The notes beneath the pieces were generated by a model that saw only the letters and a list, made by a program, of their open reading frames with translations, made no database searches and had not been told where the DNA came from. A stretch of DNA of 64,000 nt. Source: an uncultured Bacilli bacterium. Lineage in GTDB: Bacteria > Bacillota_I > Bacilli_A > RF39 > UBA660. Each line of letters begins with the position of its first letter. The first letter of the stretch is position 1. Positions 37,258-46,185 of the stretch are shown here, one piece after another. Position numbers and translations under genes: made by a program. The DNA lies in contig CAKOLD010000002.1 in NCBI GenBank assembly GCA_934096015.1, positions 393-64,392 on the forward strand. Direction: 5' to 3'.

Positions 37258-37623
37258 ATGAATTTAGTAATGTTAGGGGCATTTAATGATTTTTGTTCAG
37301 AAATGTCTGGGATGTTAAAAATTGTTGGTTATGTTGTAACAATTTTTAAAGTAGCTATACCTTTAATAATCGTTATTTATGGAATGATTGATTTAGGTAA
37401 AGCAGTAGTTGCTAGTAAAGATGATGAAATTAAAAAGGCTGCTAAACAAGTTGGTGTTAGATTAGCTGCAGGTATTTTAATTTATTTCATACCATCATTA
37501 GTAATGTTAGTATTTGGATGGATAAGTGACTATAATAATTTAATGACTGAATCTGAATTCCAAGTTTGTTCAAATTGTATTTTGAAACCTGGGGATTGTG
37601 AAGGAAAAGGTTTAGATGGATAA
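37258..37623 (+). CDS. VirB2/TrbC-like pilin-like small membrane protein (paralog 2), CxxC tail
   Basis: 'IPLIIVIYGMIDLGKAVVASKDDEIKKAAKQVGVRLAAGILIYFIPSLV' helix-loop-helix; 'CSNCILKPGDCEG'. Confidence 0.45.
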   Translation: MNLVMLGAFNDFCSEMSGMLKIVGYVVTIFKVAIPLIIVIYGMIDLGKAVVASKDDEIKKAAKQVGVRLAAGILIYFIPSLVMLVFGWISDYNNLMTESEFQVCSNCILKPGDCEGKGLDG

Positions 37624-37650
37624 AACAACTTTACAGTTGTTTTTTTGTTT
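37623..37650 (+). terminator. rho-independent terminator after pilin-like gene
   Basis: stem aaacaact/agttgttt, T-run. Confidence 0.75.
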
Positions 37651-37682
37651 GTTATAATATTTAGTGTATTATACTAAATAGA

Positions 37683-38294
37683 TTGAGTTGGTGGCATGTG
37701 GATAAAAAAGTAGTTGTTGTATTAATAATTATATATTGTGCTTTATGTTGTATTAAAGTTAATGCCGATGTTAGAGTTAATGTTGGGGAAACCAAAAGTG
37801 TTTTTAGAAATAGTGCTTGTACAATAACTAATTGTACAACACTTGATAGTAATGTTGAAGTTTCGTTTAATAATGATGTTTGTAAAGCAAAGGCCTTAAC
37901 TGTAGGTGAAGCTAATGTTAAAATAACTTGTGAACAAGGTGAAGAAAAGATTATTAAAGTTAATGTCGTAGATGGTAATTCTAATAATACAACGGTTCCT
38001 AATACTAGTGCTAGTGTTGCCGAAGCTAATTGTTCATCTTTGGCGTTGCTTGTAAAGGATTTACAAGGTGTTTTTAAAATAATTAAATTTGTTGTTCCAA
38101 TATTGATTGTTGTAATGAGTACTTATGATTTTATTAAAGCTATTGCTGGCAAGGTTGAAGGAGAAATGAAAAAGGCTTTTCAAAAACTTTTAAAAAGATT
38201 GTTATTTGCAATTATATTGTTTTTCTTGCCTAATATATTAGATTTCTTTTTGGGCTTAATTGACCCTAGTTATACAACTTGTATAAATAGTTAG
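37683..38294 (+). CDS. pilin-like paralog 3 with N-terminal Cys-containing beta-rich extracellular domain
   Basis: C-terminal 90 aa 'FVVPILIVVMSTYDFIKAIAGKVEGEMKKAFQKLLKRLLFAIILFFLPNIL' aligns with paralogs 1 and 2; start uncertain (TTG/GTG). Confidence 0.4.
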   Translation: MSWWHVDKKVVVVLIIIYCALCCIKVNADVRVNVGETKSVFRNSACTITNCTTLDSNVEVSFNNDVCKAKALTVGEANVKITCEQGEEKIIKVNVVDGNSNNTTVPNTSASVAEANCSSLALLVKDLQGVFKIIKFVVPILIVVMSTYDFIKAIAGKVEGEMKKAFQKLLKRLLFAIILFFLPNILDFFLGLIDPSYTTCINS

Positions 38295-38310
38295 AAATGG
38301 AGGTGTTCTA

Positions 38311-40401
38311 ATGAGCAATCTGGTTTTAAATGCATCTTTGATAGGAGATTGGTTTTATGGTATTTGGATTAATCTTTGGCTTTTAATAGATAACGTTGTT
38401 TATTTGTTTATAAATTGGATGTATCGTATATTTATTTTAGTTGCTAAAGTAGATATTTTCGGTGGTGGAGAACAAATTGAAGCTATTACTAGAAGAATAT
38501 ATATTATTGTTGGTATTGCCATGTTGTTTATATTTGCTTATAACTTAATATTGTTAATTGTTAATCCAGATGGAAAACAGTTAGGTAATATGTCACAAGT
38601 TATAAAAAATGCTATTATTTCTATTGCTCTTGTAACACTTTTACCTTTAATTTTTAGTTATATGACTACTGTTCAAAATCATATTATAGATGGTGATGTT
38701 ATCGGTAATTTGATTTTTGGAACAGCAAATAACAAAAATTCTTCAAACGAGAAAGCAGGTATTAATGTTGCTTTGAGTATTTTTTCGGCTTTTTATCATC
38801 CTGATGGACAATCATATAATTCTTGTAAAGCTGATCCTTCTGCACATTCTTTATGTGCAACTTACGTCCAAGCTTATGATGATGCTTTAGCAAACGAAAA
38901 TATGACTTTGTTTATTTGGAATGAGGATTTGAAAGATGGTGCTAAAGATAACGACATGGAGTATAACTGGATAATTTCTACTGGTGCAGGTATTTTTGCT
39001 TTGTGGATGTTTGTTTCTTTTGCACTAGATATTGGAGTACGTGTTGGGAAGATGGCTTTTTATGAGCTTGTTTCACCCATTCCCGTGATGTTGCGTATAA
39101 TGCCTAATGATAAGAAATTTAATGCATGGTTTAATGGAATCAAGAGTACTTATATTTCTCTTTTTGTTAGATTAGCGATCATATATTTTTCTATGTATGC
39201 AATTACTTTAGTTCCTGATGTACTTAGTAATATGTGGGCAGATATGTCGCAAGATAATGTAGTTTTAGCGATGCTTGCAAATGTTGTTATTATTTTGGGT
39301 ATTCTTAAATTTGCTCAAGAGGCACCTAAATTATTTAAAGATGTCCTTGGTGGCAGTGGTGATATTAGTCTTGGTATTGCTAGCAAAATTAAAGATAATA
39401 AAGCTCTTGCAACTGGTACAAGTTTTGTACGTGGTGGAGTTTATGGTGCTACTACTGGCGAAGGATTTGGTGGAAGAGTATCAGGATTCTTTGGTGGAGC
39501 TACTAGGGGAGCAAGATATGGATATCAAGATGGTGTTAATAGATTAGAAGAATCTAGAGAAGCTAAAGAAAATGGTTCAACATTTAGAGGAAGAATGGCT
39601 GATAGGGCACGTTATGGATTAGGAATGCAAACTCGTGCTGATGCTGCTGATAGAAATTTAGAAAGACAATATGCTGCAGAAGTTGAACAAAATGAGAAAG
39701 ATCTTATTCAAATTCAAAAAGATAGAGATAGAGAGAATATCGCAACAAGACAAGCTTACAATAAAGAGGTTATGGGATATCGTTCAGATATAAAGAAAAT
39801 TGCTGATAGTTGGGCTGAAAGAACTAACTCACAATTTACATATGATGCTGGCGATAGCTATATTGACCATAATGGAAATAATGTTGATATTAAGGGAAAT
39901 TTAAGTCAATTAAATCAAATGTATGAATCTGCAAAAGCAAATGGTGCTGATGCCCAAACTCTTAGCAAATTGCAAGGTGCAATTTCTAAGGCTAAAGGTA
40001 ATATTAGAAATCAAATTGTTGATTCTGTAATGAATGGAACAGCAGAAAGCCGCGGAATTGGTTCTAATGATGTTGCTAAGATTAATGGTGATATTGAGTC
40101 TATAAATACAATGATTAGGGATAATCAAGTTGGTTTAAAAGCAGATGGTACTGCAACATTAACTACTGAAGTGACGGATGCTAAGGGTGTATTTAGTGGT
40201 GTTGAAAATGCAGTTTTAGAACAAGAAAGAGATATAGAAAGTGTTAATAGAAACTTGGATAGAAAACAACAAGAGATCGAAAGACGTCAAAAAGAAATTG
40301 AAAATCGTAAAAAAGAAGCTAAGGCTAGTGATCGATACAAGAGTGTTAGAGCGGATGCAGATGCAATAAATCATAAAAAAGGTGGCGGAAATGCTAAATG
40401 A
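38311..40401 (+). CDS. VirB6/TrbL-like polytopic T4SS channel protein with long charged/coiled-coil C-terminal domain
   Basis: >=6 TM helices in first 330 aa, Gly-rich segment, coiled-coil tail; upstream of VirB3/VirB4 as in PrgH-PrgI-PrgJ and Tn916 orf15. Confidence 0.5.
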   Translation: MSNLVLNASLIGDWFYGIWINLWLLIDNVVYLFINWMYRIFILVAKVDIFGGGEQIEAITRRIYIIVGIAMLFIFAYNLILLIVNPDGKQLGNMSQVIKNAIISIALVTLLPLIFSYMTTVQNHIIDGDVIGNLIFGTANNKNSSNEKAGINVALSIFSAFYHPDGQSYNSCKADPSAHSLCATYVQAYDDALANENMTLFIWNEDLKDGAKDNDMEYNWIISTGAGIFALWMFVSFALDIGVRVGKMAFYELVSPIPVMLRIMPNDKKFNAWFNGIKSTYISLFVRLAIIYFSMYAITLVPDVLSNMWADMSQDNVVLAMLANVVIILGILKFAQEAPKLFKDVLGGSGDISLGIASKIKDNKALATGTSFVRGGVYGATTGEGFGGRVSGFFGGATRGARYGYQDGVNRLEESREAKENGSTFRGRMADRARYGLGMQTRADAADRNLERQYAAEVEQNEKDLIQIQKDRDRENIATRQAYNKEVMGYRSDIKKIADSWAERTNSQFTYDAGDSYIDHNGNNVDIKGNLSQLNQMYESAKANGADAQTLSKLQGAISKAKGNIRNQIVDSVMNGTAESRGIGSNDVAKINGDIESINTMIRDNQVGLKADGTATLTTEVTDAKGVFSGVENAVLEQERDIESVNRNLDRKQQEIERRQKEIENRKKEAKASDRYKSVRADADAINHKKGGGNAK

Positions 40402-40426
40402 TAATGAATAAAGAGTGGGTGAAAGT

Positions 40427-40735
40427 ATGAATGATCAATTTTTAATACCAGCAAATTCTAAAAAATCTATGTTAATATTAAGTTTCTTTAATGTAACTGA
40501 TTTAATAATATTTGGTAGTGGATGTTTGTTAACTTTTATTTTGTTAATGACAATTAATCAAAATACAATTGAATCAGCTGCAATAATTTTGGCACCGGTG
40601 CTTGTAACAGGTATTTTAGTATTACCTGTTCCTAATCACCATAATGTTAGAACTTTTATAAAAAACGTTTATCAATATTTTGCTAATAGAAGAACTTATT
40701 TTTGGAGAGGTTGGTGTATAAGACATGGCAAGTAA
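40427..40735 (+). CDS. VirB3-like small two-TM protein
   Basis: ~100 aa, two TM helices, directly precedes VirB4 (PrgI / ConD position). Confidence 0.4.
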   Translation: MNDQFLIPANSKKSMLILSFFNVTDLIIFGSGCLLTFILLMTINQNTIESAAIILAPVLVTGILVLPVPNHHNVRTFIKNVYQYFANRRTYFWRGWCIRHGK

Positions 40736-41276
40736 TTCTAAATTTACAGAAGATTGGTTACCAATTAGAAATATAAAGAATGGTTTTATTGAACTTGAAG
40801 GTAAATATTATGTGACTGGTGTAAAAATAGAACCTAAAAATATATTTATTTTAGATTATACTGAACAACAAGCAATTATATTTAATTTTAGAAATGTTTA
40901 TAATTCAATTGATTATGAATTTTGGTTAATGGTTGCTGATAGACCTGTTGATATTAATATGTATTTAGCACAATTACAACTTTTATATAATCAAGCTCCA
41001 AATCAACAAATAAGAAAATTAATTGCTCAAGATATTAATAAAGGAGAAAGATTTAGAAGTACTGAAATCAATGCTGTTGATACAGAGTACTTTATTATAT
41101 TTAGAGATAAAAAAATTGAAACTCTTCAAAAAAGAGTACATCAGTTAATATCAAGTCTTGCTTCATGTGGACTTAATTCCAAACAAGTTAGCGATGAGGA
41201 TTTAAGAGTATTATTGGATAGTTTTCTAAATGGAAATAGAAAAACGGAATTTGGGACGGTGATTGCTAGTGAATAA
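40725..41276 (+). CDS. VirB4-family ATPase, N-terminal fragment (split gene)
   Basis: 'DWLPIRNIKNGFIELEGKYYVTGVKIEPKNIF' typical Gram-positive VirB4 N-terminus; ends TAA at 41274 while the ATPase domain continues in the +1 frame. Confidence 0.55.
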   Translation: MASNSKFTEDWLPIRNIKNGFIELEGKYYVTGVKIEPKNIFILDYTEQQAIIFNFRNVYNSIDYEFWLMVADRPVDINMYLAQLQLLYNQAPNQQIRKLIAQDINKGERFRSTEINAVDTEYFIIFRDKKIETLQKRVHQLISSLASCGLNSKQVSDEDLRVLLDSFLNGNRKTEFGTVIASE

Positions 41277-43071
41277 TAAATTAAAAAGTGAGTTGGCTCC
41301 TAAAGGTTTAGATTTTAATATAAATGATTTTGTTATTAGCGATATGTATTGTACTATTTTAACTATTGTTAATTTTCCAAAGATGATTGGCCCAGGATTT
41401 CTTGCTAATGTAACTAGTATCCCTGGTGTTAAATTAGTTATTAAACATATTCCTATAGAATTTTCAACTATGTCAAAAATGATTAATAAAGAGATAGCTG
41501 ATTTAAAGCAAAGATATCAAAGTGAAAATGATAGAACTATGCAAGAAAGTATTAGACAAGATTATGAGTCTTTAGAGTCATTTGTATCTATGCTTGCTTC
41601 TACTCAATCTAGAATATTTGATTTTCAAATGCATGTTATGTTATCTGCTGAAACTAAAGATCAGTTGGAAATGAAAAAAATTCAAGTAAGAAATTATTTG
41701 GATGCTTTGGGTATGAGAGGAATACCAATGATGTTTGAACAAGAGAAAGTTCTAAAATCTATAATTCCAATTTTTCCTAAACAAGATATTGAAGCTAGAG
41801 TAGGAACGCCGATACCTAGTCCTACTATTGCAGCAATGTATCCTTTTGTATTTGATAGTATAAAAGATCCTGGAAATAATAATTCAGCTCCAACTTTGCT
41901 TGGTGTAGATTTTTCAGGAGGAGTTGTATTATTTAACCAATTTTTATACCAAATTAGAAAAGAGTTTAATAGAAATAATGCTAATATGATTATATTAGGT
42001 ACGAGTGGTAGTGGTAAATCTACTGCTGCAAAATTAATGCTTAGAACTCATATAAGAAATGGTTGTCAAATTATTTGTATAGATCCTGAAGGTGAACTTG
42101 AGGAAATGACAAAAACTTATGGTGGTGATTTTATTTCTCTAGGAAAAGGTGGAGAATTTGGTTTAATTAATCCATTAGAAGTTGTTGCAGATGTTGATGA
42201 GGATGAATTAAAACAAGGTTTAGGTTATACAGTTTTAACTAGAACTTTGCAATCTTTAAAAGCATTTTTAAAGTATTATAGTCCATCTATTGAAGAAGAT
42301 GTACTTGCAATGTTTAGTGAAGTATTACAAGATACTTATAAACGTTTTAATATTGATTTTAATACTGATTTTAGTAATTTTAAACCTGAAGATTTTCCGA
42401 CTTTTGATGATGTCTATTCAACTATTAAGGGGAGATTATTATCTATTCCAGAAATGACAAAAGAAAAAGATGTTTTGGAAAGATTAGAATTAAAGATAAG
42501 ACCTTTTGTTAAAGAATTACGTTATTATTTTACTGGCCATACTACTATTGAGCGAGATAGTGACTTTATGGTATTTAATATAAAAGAAGTTATGAATAGT
42601 GATGAAAATATTCGAAATGCATTATTCTTTAATATCTTAAAGTTTGCTTGGGGATTATGTTTAGATAAATCTGTAAATACAGTTATGCTTGTAGATGAAG
42701 CTCACGTTCTTTTAGGAAGTAGAAATGAATTGGGTGCAGAATTCTTAGCACAAATTCAAAGACGTAGTAGAAAATACAATACAGGTACAATAATAATTAC
42801 TCAACAACCAACTGACTTTGCTGCTGATAAAATAATAGTTCACGGTAAAGCAATATTTGATAATGCTTCTTATTATTTAGTTATGGGACTTAAAAAACAA
42901 GCAGTAGAGGATTTAGCAAAATTAATTGATTTGAATGATAATGAAAAAGAGAGTATTAAAACGTATTCTCAAGGTGAGGCTTTGTTTGTTTGTGGTAATA
43001 GAAGAATGAGAATAAATGTGGTTGTTACTCAAGAAGAATTAGATTCCTTTGGGTCAGGCGGAGGATTATAG
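41263..43071 (+). CDS. VirB4/TraE-family ATPase, C-terminal part (Walker A and B)
   Basis: 'IILGTSGSGKST' Walker A, 'VMLVDEAHVLL' Walker B; TTG start immediately after in-frame TGA. Confidence 0.8.
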   Translation: MLVNNKLKSELAPKGLDFNINDFVISDMYCTILTIVNFPKMIGPGFLANVTSIPGVKLVIKHIPIEFSTMSKMINKEIADLKQRYQSENDRTMQESIRQDYESLESFVSMLASTQSRIFDFQMHVMLSAETKDQLEMKKIQVRNYLDALGMRGIPMMFEQEKVLKSIIPIFPKQDIEARVGTPIPSPTIAAMYPFVFDSIKDPGNNNSAPTLLGVDFSGGVVLFNQFLYQIRKEFNRNNANMIILGTSGSGKSTAAKLMLRTHIRNGCQIICIDPEGELEEMTKTYGGDFISLGKGGEFGLINPLEVVADVDEDELKQGLGYTVLTRTLQSLKAFLKYYSPSIEEDVLAMFSEVLQDTYKRFNIDFNTDFSNFKPEDFPTFDDVYSTIKGRLLSIPEMTKEKDVLERLELKIRPFVKELRYYFTGHTTIERDSDFMVFNIKEVMNSDENIRNALFFNILKFAWGLCLDKSVNTVMLVDEAHVLLGSRNELGAEFLAQIQRRSRKYNTGTIIITQQPTDFAADKIIVHGKAIFDNASYYLVMGLKKQAVEDLAKLIDLNDNEKESIKTYSQGEALFVCGNRRMRINVVVTQEELDSFGSGGGL

Positions 43072-43083
43072 GCGGTGAAGCTA

Positions 43084-45165
43084 ATGAATATGAAAAAATA
43101 TAAGTTATTAAAACAAGGTATTATTTCGATATGCTTAGTTTTAATAGCTCTTTTTTCTATTAGAGTTGAAGCAGCTAACTTTGCGTATGCTGATTTTGAC
43201 TGGGATAAATTTTATGATGAAAATATAGATTATTGGACTGATTATTGTACTCATAATTCTGGTAATATGTCTGTTAAAGAATGTGTAGAAATTGTTTTGT
43301 CTGGAAAAAAAGAATATTATGTAAAATTATATAAATTACTAGCAAAATATGAAAGAAAAGGGTTTAAATTAAATGATAACATTGTGTTAGCAACTTCTTT
43401 TTTTGATTTAACACCAGATACATTTACAGAATTACCAGAAGAGTATAAAAAAGAATACATGGATGGTTCAGCTTATAATATTGATACTGAAGAAGATATT
43501 GATAGTTATGATGTTGATACTGATGAAAGTATTGAATATTATCAAAATGAAAAAGATTCTTTAAAAATTTTATTAAAGCATATGTTTTCTTATAAAGCTG
43601 TTTGTAATGGGAATGCTGGAACGCCATCTGTGGATTCTAATGGAAATAAATATTGTGCTTCTGGAACTCTAGATGGAGATACTTGTAGTTCAGTAATAAA
43701 AACTTATGATTTAAATTATTCTGAATATTTAATATCTAAATTAGGTTTTATTGGAAGATTATTTGGTTTAAAAGACAAAAATAGAGATGATTGTTTAAAT
43801 AATGGTGGGGTTAGTTATAAAGTAATTAATGGAAAACAAATTAATTATGATATATATTGGAAGTTTTTAACGGAATCTACTTATTTTGATACGAAAAAAC
43901 ATTTAACAAATAGGTATAAAAAAATATTAGAAAAAACTAATCATTCTCGTATGACTGAATTAAGTGAAAGTGAGTATGAAGCTAATGAAGCTGATATTAT
44001 TAAGATACGTGAAAGAATAGTTAAAGAAATTAAGTCAATACTCGAAGATTATGAAGATTATATGGCTAATACTCCTGATAGTTATAGTTCTAGTTGTACT
44101 GGAGGATCTTTATGGTGGCCTATAGGTGGAGATACTACTACTAATGAAGGTAATGCAATTTTTGCTAAAGATGCTCCTAGTAACTTAAATATTAATAGTC
44201 CTTATGGAAATCGTAAGCATCCTATTACTGGAGAAATGAAGAACCACACTGGTGTTGATTTAGCTGGAACTGAAAATGTTAGTAATGTAATTGCGGTAAA
44301 AGATGGTGTTGTTGTTTATCCCACAAGTAGCGACCCAACTAATTGTCCAAGTAGTACTTCACTTGATAATTGTGGTGGAGGTTATGGAAATTATGTAGTT
44401 ATTCAACATAATGATGGAACTTATACCTTGTATGCGCACATGTACGCTTCTAGTATAACTGTTAAAGAAGGCGATAGTGTAAAACAAGGCCAAGTTATAG
44501 GTAAAGTTGGTAGTAGTGGAAATTCTACTGGAGCACATTTACACTTTGAAGTTAGACAAGGAACCAATAGTTCAAGTTCTAGTGTTGATCCTATGACAAT
44601 ATTATCTAGTGAAAATCCTCGAACTATGAGTGGAGTTTGTGGCGGAACTGCATCAAGTGATTTTATTACATTTTTACATTCTTGGGAAAATGGTAATGCT
44701 GCACCAGAAAGAGATGGAAAATACGTAGTACATGATGATGGCGCTGGTATTCCAACTGTTGGATATGGAGTAGCGTTAAAATATAATATTGAAAGATTTA
44801 GACAAAAGGGAATTGATGTTACAGGAATGACTTTTGGTGATACAATTGATAAATCAATAGTGGATGCTGTTGAGAATGAAGAAATAAATGAAGCATTTAA
44901 TAATGTTAGAAATAAATTATCTGAAAATAATATTACTTTAGCTGAATATCAAATTGAAGCTTTAGTAAGTCGTTATTATAATTGTGGTAATATTAATAAT
45001 TTTCCTTCTATGTATTTAAATTATGGTGATACTGACGCTTTATATGATAATTATATGAGCAAACCAGTAACTGGACAGGGAGTTGGATACTTAAGTGGTC
45101 TTGAAAGAAGAAGAAAAGCTGAATGGCAATTGTTTCATTATCATAATTATGAACTTAACAGTTAG
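43084..45165 (+). CDS. secreted bifunctional peptidoglycan hydrolase: M23/LytM peptidase + phage-type (GH24-like) lysozyme domain
   Basis: signal peptide; 'HTGVDLAG...GYGNYVVIQH...GAHLHFEV' (HxxxD, HxH); 'ERDGKYVVHDDGAGIPTVGYGV' (E-D-T lysozyme triad). Confidence 0.75.
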   Translation: MNMKKYKLLKQGIISICLVLIALFSIRVEAANFAYADFDWDKFYDENIDYWTDYCTHNSGNMSVKECVEIVLSGKKEYYVKLYKLLAKYERKGFKLNDNIVLATSFFDLTPDTFTELPEEYKKEYMDGSAYNIDTEEDIDSYDVDTDESIEYYQNEKDSLKILLKHMFSYKAVCNGNAGTPSVDSNGNKYCASGTLDGDTCSSVIKTYDLNYSEYLISKLGFIGRLFGLKDKNRDDCLNNGGVSYKVINGKQINYDIYWKFLTESTYFDTKKHLTNRYKKILEKTNHSRMTELSESEYEANEADIIKIRERIVKEIKSILEDYEDYMANTPDSYSSSCTGGSLWWPIGGDTTTNEGNAIFAKDAPSNLNINSPYGNRKHPITGEMKNHTGVDLAGTENVSNVIAVKDGVVVYPTSSDPTNCPSSTSLDNCGGGYGNYVVIQHNDGTYTLYAHMYASSITVKEGDSVKQGQVIGKVGSSGNSTGAHLHFEVRQGTNSSSSSVDPMTILSSENPRTMSGVCGGTASSDFITFLHSWENGNAAPERDGKYVVHDDGAGIPTVGYGVALKYNIERFRQKGIDVTGMTFGDTIDKSIVDAVENEEINEAFNNVRNKLSENNITLAEYQIEALVSRYYNCGNINNFPSMYLNYGDTDALYDNYMSKPVTGQGVGYLSGLERRRKAEWQLFHYHNYELNS

Positions 45166-45174
45166 GAGATATTT

Positions 45175-45672
45175 ATGAAGAAAAATAATATAATATTAGT
45201 TATTATTTTAGTTTTACTATTTGCAGTTGCTTTAACTTTGGTATATTTAGAAAAAAGAGATGGTAAAGATGCTCTAGTAACTGAAAATAAAAAGGTTAGT
45301 GTTTTAAAAAATTATAATGAGTTTTATACAGTAAATTCTTGTGTATATCGTTATTTAACTTATGTTCAATCTCGTAATACTGATTTTTTATTAAAAGTAT
45401 TGGATGATAGTTTTGTTAAAAATAATAATATTAATTCTACTAATGTTTTAAATTTTATTAATGTTTATGAGGGAAATATTAATTTTAATTCAAGAAAGAT
45501 GTTTTATGAAAAAGTTAATAGCCATATAACAAAATATTATGTTTATGGATATGTTGAAAAAGATATTATAGATGATGATCCTTTAAGGTATGAAGCTTAT
45601 TATATAGTTAATTTAGATAGTAAGAATAAGGTTTTTTCAATTATGCCTTATAGTGGAGAGTTATTTAAATAG
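45175..45672 (+). CDS. small N-terminally anchored protein, NTF2-sized ectodomain (VirB8/PrgL-like?)
   Basis: one TM + ~130 aa; position after the hydrolase as PrgL after PrgK. Confidence 0.3.
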   Translation: MKKNNIILVIILVLLFAVALTLVYLEKRDGKDALVTENKKVSVLKNYNEFYTVNSCVYRYLTYVQSRNTDFLLKVLDDSFVKNNNINSTNVLNFINVYEGNINFNSRKMFYEKVNSHITKYYVYGYVEKDIIDDDPLRYEAYYIVNLDSKNKVFSIMPYSGELFK

Positions 45673-45680
45673 GTGAGATT

Positions 45681-46169
45681 ATGGAATATATAAAAAAAAA
45701 TATTATGTTAATTATTTTTGTAATATTAGTTATAATATCTTGTATAGTTCTTGTGTTATCTAAAAAAAGTAAAGAAGATGGTTATTATGAAAGAGAAGAA
45801 GTTACTTTAAAAAATTATGAAGTAAATGAGTATATTCCAGTGAATATTACTTATGATCAAATGGCGAGAATTTATTTGCAAGAATATATTTATAAAATAC
45901 TCAATGATAGAGAAGAAGCTTATAATTTATTGGATGCAAATTATAGAAAAGAAAAATTTGGAAGTTATGAAAAATTTAATGAGTATATTGAGGGTATTTT
46001 AAGTGATAAAACTAGACAAGCAGTTGTTTTAAAATATGCTGTAACTGATAAATCTAATTATAGAGATTTTGATATAATTGATGCTAATAATAATTTATTT
46101 ATATTTAGAGAAACTGGGGTTTTACAATACCGGGTTTATTTTGATAGGTATACAGTTTCAATGAGATAG
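45681..46169 (+). CDS. small N-terminally anchored protein, NTF2-sized ectodomain (VirB8-like?)
   Basis: same architecture as preceding gene. Confidence 0.3.
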   Translation: MEYIKKNIMLIIFVILVIISCIVLVLSKKSKEDGYYEREEVTLKNYEVNEYIPVNITYDQMARIYLQEYIYKILNDREEAYNLLDANYRKEKFGSYEKFNEYIEGILSDKTRQAVVLKYAVTDKSNYRDFDIIDANNNLFIFRETGVLQYRVYFDRYTVSMR

Positions 46170-46185
46170 AAAGGAGGAGATCCTT

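Noticed and set aside
40725-41276. Treating the 183-aa ORF as an independent VirB3-VirB4 linker protein
   Set aside because: Its sequence continues the canonical VirB4 N-domain and the downstream frame begins right after a stop, so it is the 5' part of a split VirB4.
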